Below are positions 61,165 to 64,000 of a DNA stretch of 64,000 nucleotides, one piece after another (position 1 is the first letter of the stretch; each line of letters opens with the position of its first letter). The translations under genes were made by a program, and so were the position numbers. The notes beneath the pieces are model-generated. The model worked only from the letters and a program-made list of their open reading frames with translations, was not told the origin of the DNA and searched no databases. Source of the DNA: an uncultured Gemmatimonadales bacterium (GTDB taxonomy: Bacteria; Gemmatimonadota; Gemmatimonadetes; Palauibacterales; Palauibacteraceae); contig CAWANJ010000009.1 of NCBI GenBank assembly GCA_963783385.1, positions 320,001-384,000 on the forward strand, given 5' to 3'.

Positions 61165-62319
61165 TTGAAGCGATATGCCGCCTACGATCCCCCCGAGTAC
61201 GTCGACTGGGAGCCCGACGAGGAGCTGGTCGAATCGTACAGGGCCAGGATTCGCGAGCACCCGGAGCGGGCCTCGGTCATCGATGGGCTGGACGCCGGAT
61301 CCCGTCTGGACCTGTACCGGGGGCTCCTGCGCTTCCGGCTCCACGACATCATGCTGCAGCGCTGGGTGAAGCAGGGCGTGATCTCGAAGGCGTGGCTGGG
61401 GACGGGCGAGGAGGCCACGACCATCGGCGCCGTCCACGCCCTTCGGCGGGCGGGCGGAGATGGAGACTACGTGGGTCCGATGATCCGCAACAACGGGGCG
61501 TGCCACGAGATGGGCATGTCGGTGGCCGACATGCTGCGGGCCTACCTGGCCACGGGCGATTCGCCCACGCACGGCCGGGACCTGCACGTGGGGGACCTCC
61601 GGAACGGGGTCGTCACGCCGATCAGCATGGTGGGCGGACTGGTGCCGGTCATGAACGGCTTCGCCCTCGCCTTCAAGCGCCGCGGTGAGGACCGCGTCAC
61701 CCTGACCTGGGTCGGGGACGGCGCCACCAAGAACGGCGAGGTCCACGAGGCGATGAACTTCGCCGCCGTCATGGGCCTGCCGGCCATCATCGTCATCCAG
61801 AACAACCAGGTCGCGCTCGGCACCCGGCTGGACCAGCATCAGCTCGCGCCGGACTTCTCGGGCTGGGGCCGTGCCTACGGGGCCACGCTCGTCAGGGTGG
61901 ACGGCAATCACGTCCTGGACGTTTATGCGGCCGTGCGGCTGGCCCGCCGGCAGTGTGCCGCCGGCGAGGGCCCCGTGTTCATCGAGGCGACGACCTTCCG
62001 CATGGGTGGGCACGCCACCCACGACGTGCGCGAGGCCAGGGCCACCTTCCCGTCGAGCCTGTTCGAGGAATGGGGTCGTAGGGATCCGATCGGCTGTTTC
62101 GAGGAGTACCTGGCCCGCGACGAGCGCGAGCTTCGCGCGGCGGCCTCGGATCTGGCCGACGTGGACGGCGTGGATCGCGAGACCCGCAACCGCGCCGTGC
62201 TCGGCCGCGTGGAGGATGCCGTGACGCGGGAGCTCGAGGAGGCGGCCGAGGCCGCGCTCGAGAGCCGGCGGACCCGCATGCCGCAGCCCGAGGATGCCGC
62301 GATGGGGGCGTACGCGTGA
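61165..62319 (+). CDS. TPP-dependent 2-oxoacid dehydrogenase E1 alpha-like subunit
   Basis: GEEA, GDGAT...NN TPP motif, VDGN, RMGGHATHD, RDPI; AGGAGG RBS before TTG. Confidence 0.85.
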   Translation: MKRYAAYDPPEYVDWEPDEELVESYRARIREHPERASVIDGLDAGSRLDLYRGLLRFRLHDIMLQRWVKQGVISKAWLGTGEEATTIGAVHALRRAGGDGDYVGPMIRNNGACHEMGMSVADMLRAYLATGDSPTHGRDLHVGDLRNGVVTPISMVGGLVPVMNGFALAFKRRGEDRVTLTWVGDGATKNGEVHEAMNFAAVMGLPAIIVIQNNQVALGTRLDQHQLAPDFSGWGRAYGATLVRVDGNHVLDVYAAVRLARRQCAAGEGPVFIEATTFRMGGHATHDVREARATFPSSLFEEWGRRDPIGCFEEYLARDERELRAAASDLADVDGVDRETRNRAVLGRVEDAVTRELEEAAEAALESRRTRMPQPEDAAMGAYA

Positions 62320-62801
62320 GCGCCGCGGGCGGACGCGAGACGCGCCGGGTCGACACCCGGGAGCAAGCATGGCTCATCTCCGAGGCGTGGCGCGGCCAGA
62401 GCGGTTGGGGGGTGGCCTACTTCGTGGCGTTCGGATCCGAGGCTCCGCTCGAAGACGACCGCCAGGACCGGCGGGCCCTGCTCGAGCCGGAAGCCGGGAT
62501 CGCCGGCCTCGAGGACGCCGAGCTGGGCCGCCTCCTGGAAGACGCCGCCGGACTCACGTCGACCGAGCGTCGCTTCCGCGGTCCTGGCGGACGGTTGTGG
62601 CTGGCCCAGAGCCGGGGGCCCGTGTGGGCCGATGGCGGCGTGGCCGCAGGGCTGACGGGTCTGCTGTTCACCTCGCTCGAGGGCCCGGTGGAACGGATCG
62701 AAGGGCCTTACGGACAGGCCGGGGACCTGGATGGCGAGGCCCTCGCTTCCCGGCTGGGGGCGGCCCGGGCGGCTCCGGACCGCAAGGAGCCGGACGCGTG
62801 A
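62316..62801 (+). CDS. Hypothetical protein
   Basis: GTGA-coupled to both neighbours; GC-rich codon pattern. Confidence 0.6.
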   Translation: MSAAGGRETRRVDTREQAWLISEAWRGQSGWGVAYFVAFGSEAPLEDDRQDRRALLEPEAGIAGLEDAELGRLLEDAAGLTSTERRFRGPGGRLWLAQSRGPVWADGGVAAGLTGLLFTSLEGPVERIEGPYGQAGDLDGEALASRLGAARAAPDRKEPDA

Positions 62802-63493
62802 GCGAGGGTCCGGAGATCCGCGCCGGGACGGACGCTCCGGTGACCGTGTACGTTTACGGAGACTACGTCTGTCCGTTCTCCTACATCGGCGACGCCCGGC
62901 TGCGCAGGCTCGCCGAAGAGGAGCCACTGGAGATCCGGTGGAGGCCGTTCGAGATTCACCCGACTCTGCCCGCCGATGGCCTGCCCGTTCGCGAGGCGGG
63001 CTATCCACCCGACGAGTGGTCCGGGATGGTGCAGAAGCTCGAGGCCATGGCGGTCGGTCTCGATCTTCCACTTCACTTTCCCGACTTCGTGGCCAACTCC
63101 CATCGTGCGCTGCAGGTCGCCGAGTTCGCCCGCGACCTGGGGAGGGCAGCGCACGAGACCACCCACGCGGCCCTCTATCGCGCGTACTTCGTCGAGGGAC
63201 GCAACCTGGGCCGGGGCGAGGTGCTGCTCCAGGTGGCGGAAGAAGCCGGGCTCGACGTGGAGGCGGTCCAGCAGGCGCTCGAGGACGGTCGCTACGAGGA
63301 CGAGCTCGAACGCGCCGCCGAGGAGGCCGAGCGCTACGAGATCGTCGGGACGCCGACCTTCCTGTTCGGCCGGTTCAAGGTGGTGGGCGCCGCCCCCCTC
63401 ACCGTCCTCAGGGACGCGTGCCGAAAGGCGCGGGAGGAGTCGGAGCGACCGGGGGGCGAGGTCGGAGACGCCGGCGGGGCGGGGGACGCGTGA
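62798..63493 (+). CDS. DsbA/FrnE-family thioredoxin-fold protein (CPFS variant)
   Basis: DYVCPFSYIG, WRPFEIHP, AYFVEGRN, GTPTF. Confidence 0.82.
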   Translation: MSEGPEIRAGTDAPVTVYVYGDYVCPFSYIGDARLRRLAEEEPLEIRWRPFEIHPTLPADGLPVREAGYPPDEWSGMVQKLEAMAVGLDLPLHFPDFVANSHRALQVAEFARDLGRAAHETTHAALYRAYFVEGRNLGRGEVLLQVAEEAGLDVEAVQQALEDGRYEDELERAAEEAERYEIVGTPTFLFGRFKVVGAAPLTVLRDACRKAREESERPGGEVGDAGGAGDA

Positions 63494-63765
63494 GCGGGCG
63501 CTCGGCGCCCCCGGACGGGTGGGGCGCAGGACCGCAGGTCGACCGGGTGATCGAGGCGGGAGACGCGCTCCGCGAGGCCCTCGTGGTGTATCGGGCCGCC
63601 TTCGATGGCGCGGCGCGGGCGTTGGGGCGCGAGGCAGAAGAAGCTCCGGTGCGTCACTGCGGATTCGAGCTCCTGCGCTCAGACTGGGAGCGGACGGTGG
63701 CTGCGTTCCGCGAGGCCGTGGACCGCATCGGCACGGCGCAGAAGACCCTGGCGCGAGGCTGTTGA
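63490..63765 (+). CDS. Small hypothetical helical protein
   Basis: GTGA-coupled to upstream gene; ends 3 nt before rnz. Confidence 0.45.
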   Translation: MSGRSAPPDGWGAGPQVDRVIEAGDALREALVVYRAAFDGAARALGREAEEAPVRHCGFELLRSDWERTVAAFREAVDRIGTAQKTLARGC

Positions 63766-63768
63766 GGG

Positions 63769-64000
63769 GTGCTGCGGCTCACCTTCCTGGGCACCGCGTC
63801 GGCCCGGCCCACGGTACGCCGCAACGTGTCCTCGTTGTTCGTTCAGCGCGAGGGCGATGCCTTCCTGTTCGACTGCGGGGAGGGCACCCAGCGGCAGATG
63901 ATGCGCTTCGGGGTCGGGTTCGGCTTCTCGGACATCTTCCTCACGCACCTCCACGCCGACCACTGTCTGGGAGTCACGGGACTCCTGCGCACCATGAGCC
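63769..64000 (+). CDS. rnz: Ribonuclease Z (3' truncated by window edge)
   Basis: [31 protein letters not shown]. Confidence 0.9.
   Translation, partial: MLRLTFLGTASARPTVRRNVSSLFVQREGDAFLFDCGEGTQRQMMRFGVGFGFSDIFLTHLHADHCLGVTGLLRTMS

Overview
GC-rich bacterial chromosomal window, almost entirely housekeeping and metabolic genes. The diderm gene content and protein style are most consistent with Gemmatimonadota/FCB group (inference). Order: mrdA(partial)-rodA-accD-folC-bacilliredoxin, hisS-proS-guaA-Nif3, an Mla-type ABC operon (-), hsp20-clpB, a decayed GT2 gene and mce (-), trxA-rsmI-valS-Ig-like lipoprotein-selA-gmhB-purN-purH, an S10 peptidase, caa3-type cytochrome c oxidase, a CUT1 sugar ABC transporter, a selenocysteine formate dehydrogenase (in-frame UGA plus SECIS hairpin) with Fe-S and NrfD-type subunits, an acs-satP-porin module, a complete his operon (-), a cysteine hydrolase, an LPG-synthase-TM protein, an orphan TPP E1-alpha, DsbA/FrnE and rnz (partial). 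No mobile elements, CRISPR, rRNA or tRNA were seen. The most notable observations are: (1) a fully readable His-leader transcription attenuator; (2) an apparent HisD-HisC fusion; (3) strong enrichment of the Bacteroidota O-glycosylation sequon D[ST][AILVMT] in exported proteins; (4) Sec recoding in FDH; (5) a haloarchaeal-looking acetate module; (6) four single-base +1 insertions (rodA, clpB, hisD, cysteine hydrolase) that are probably sequencing errors.
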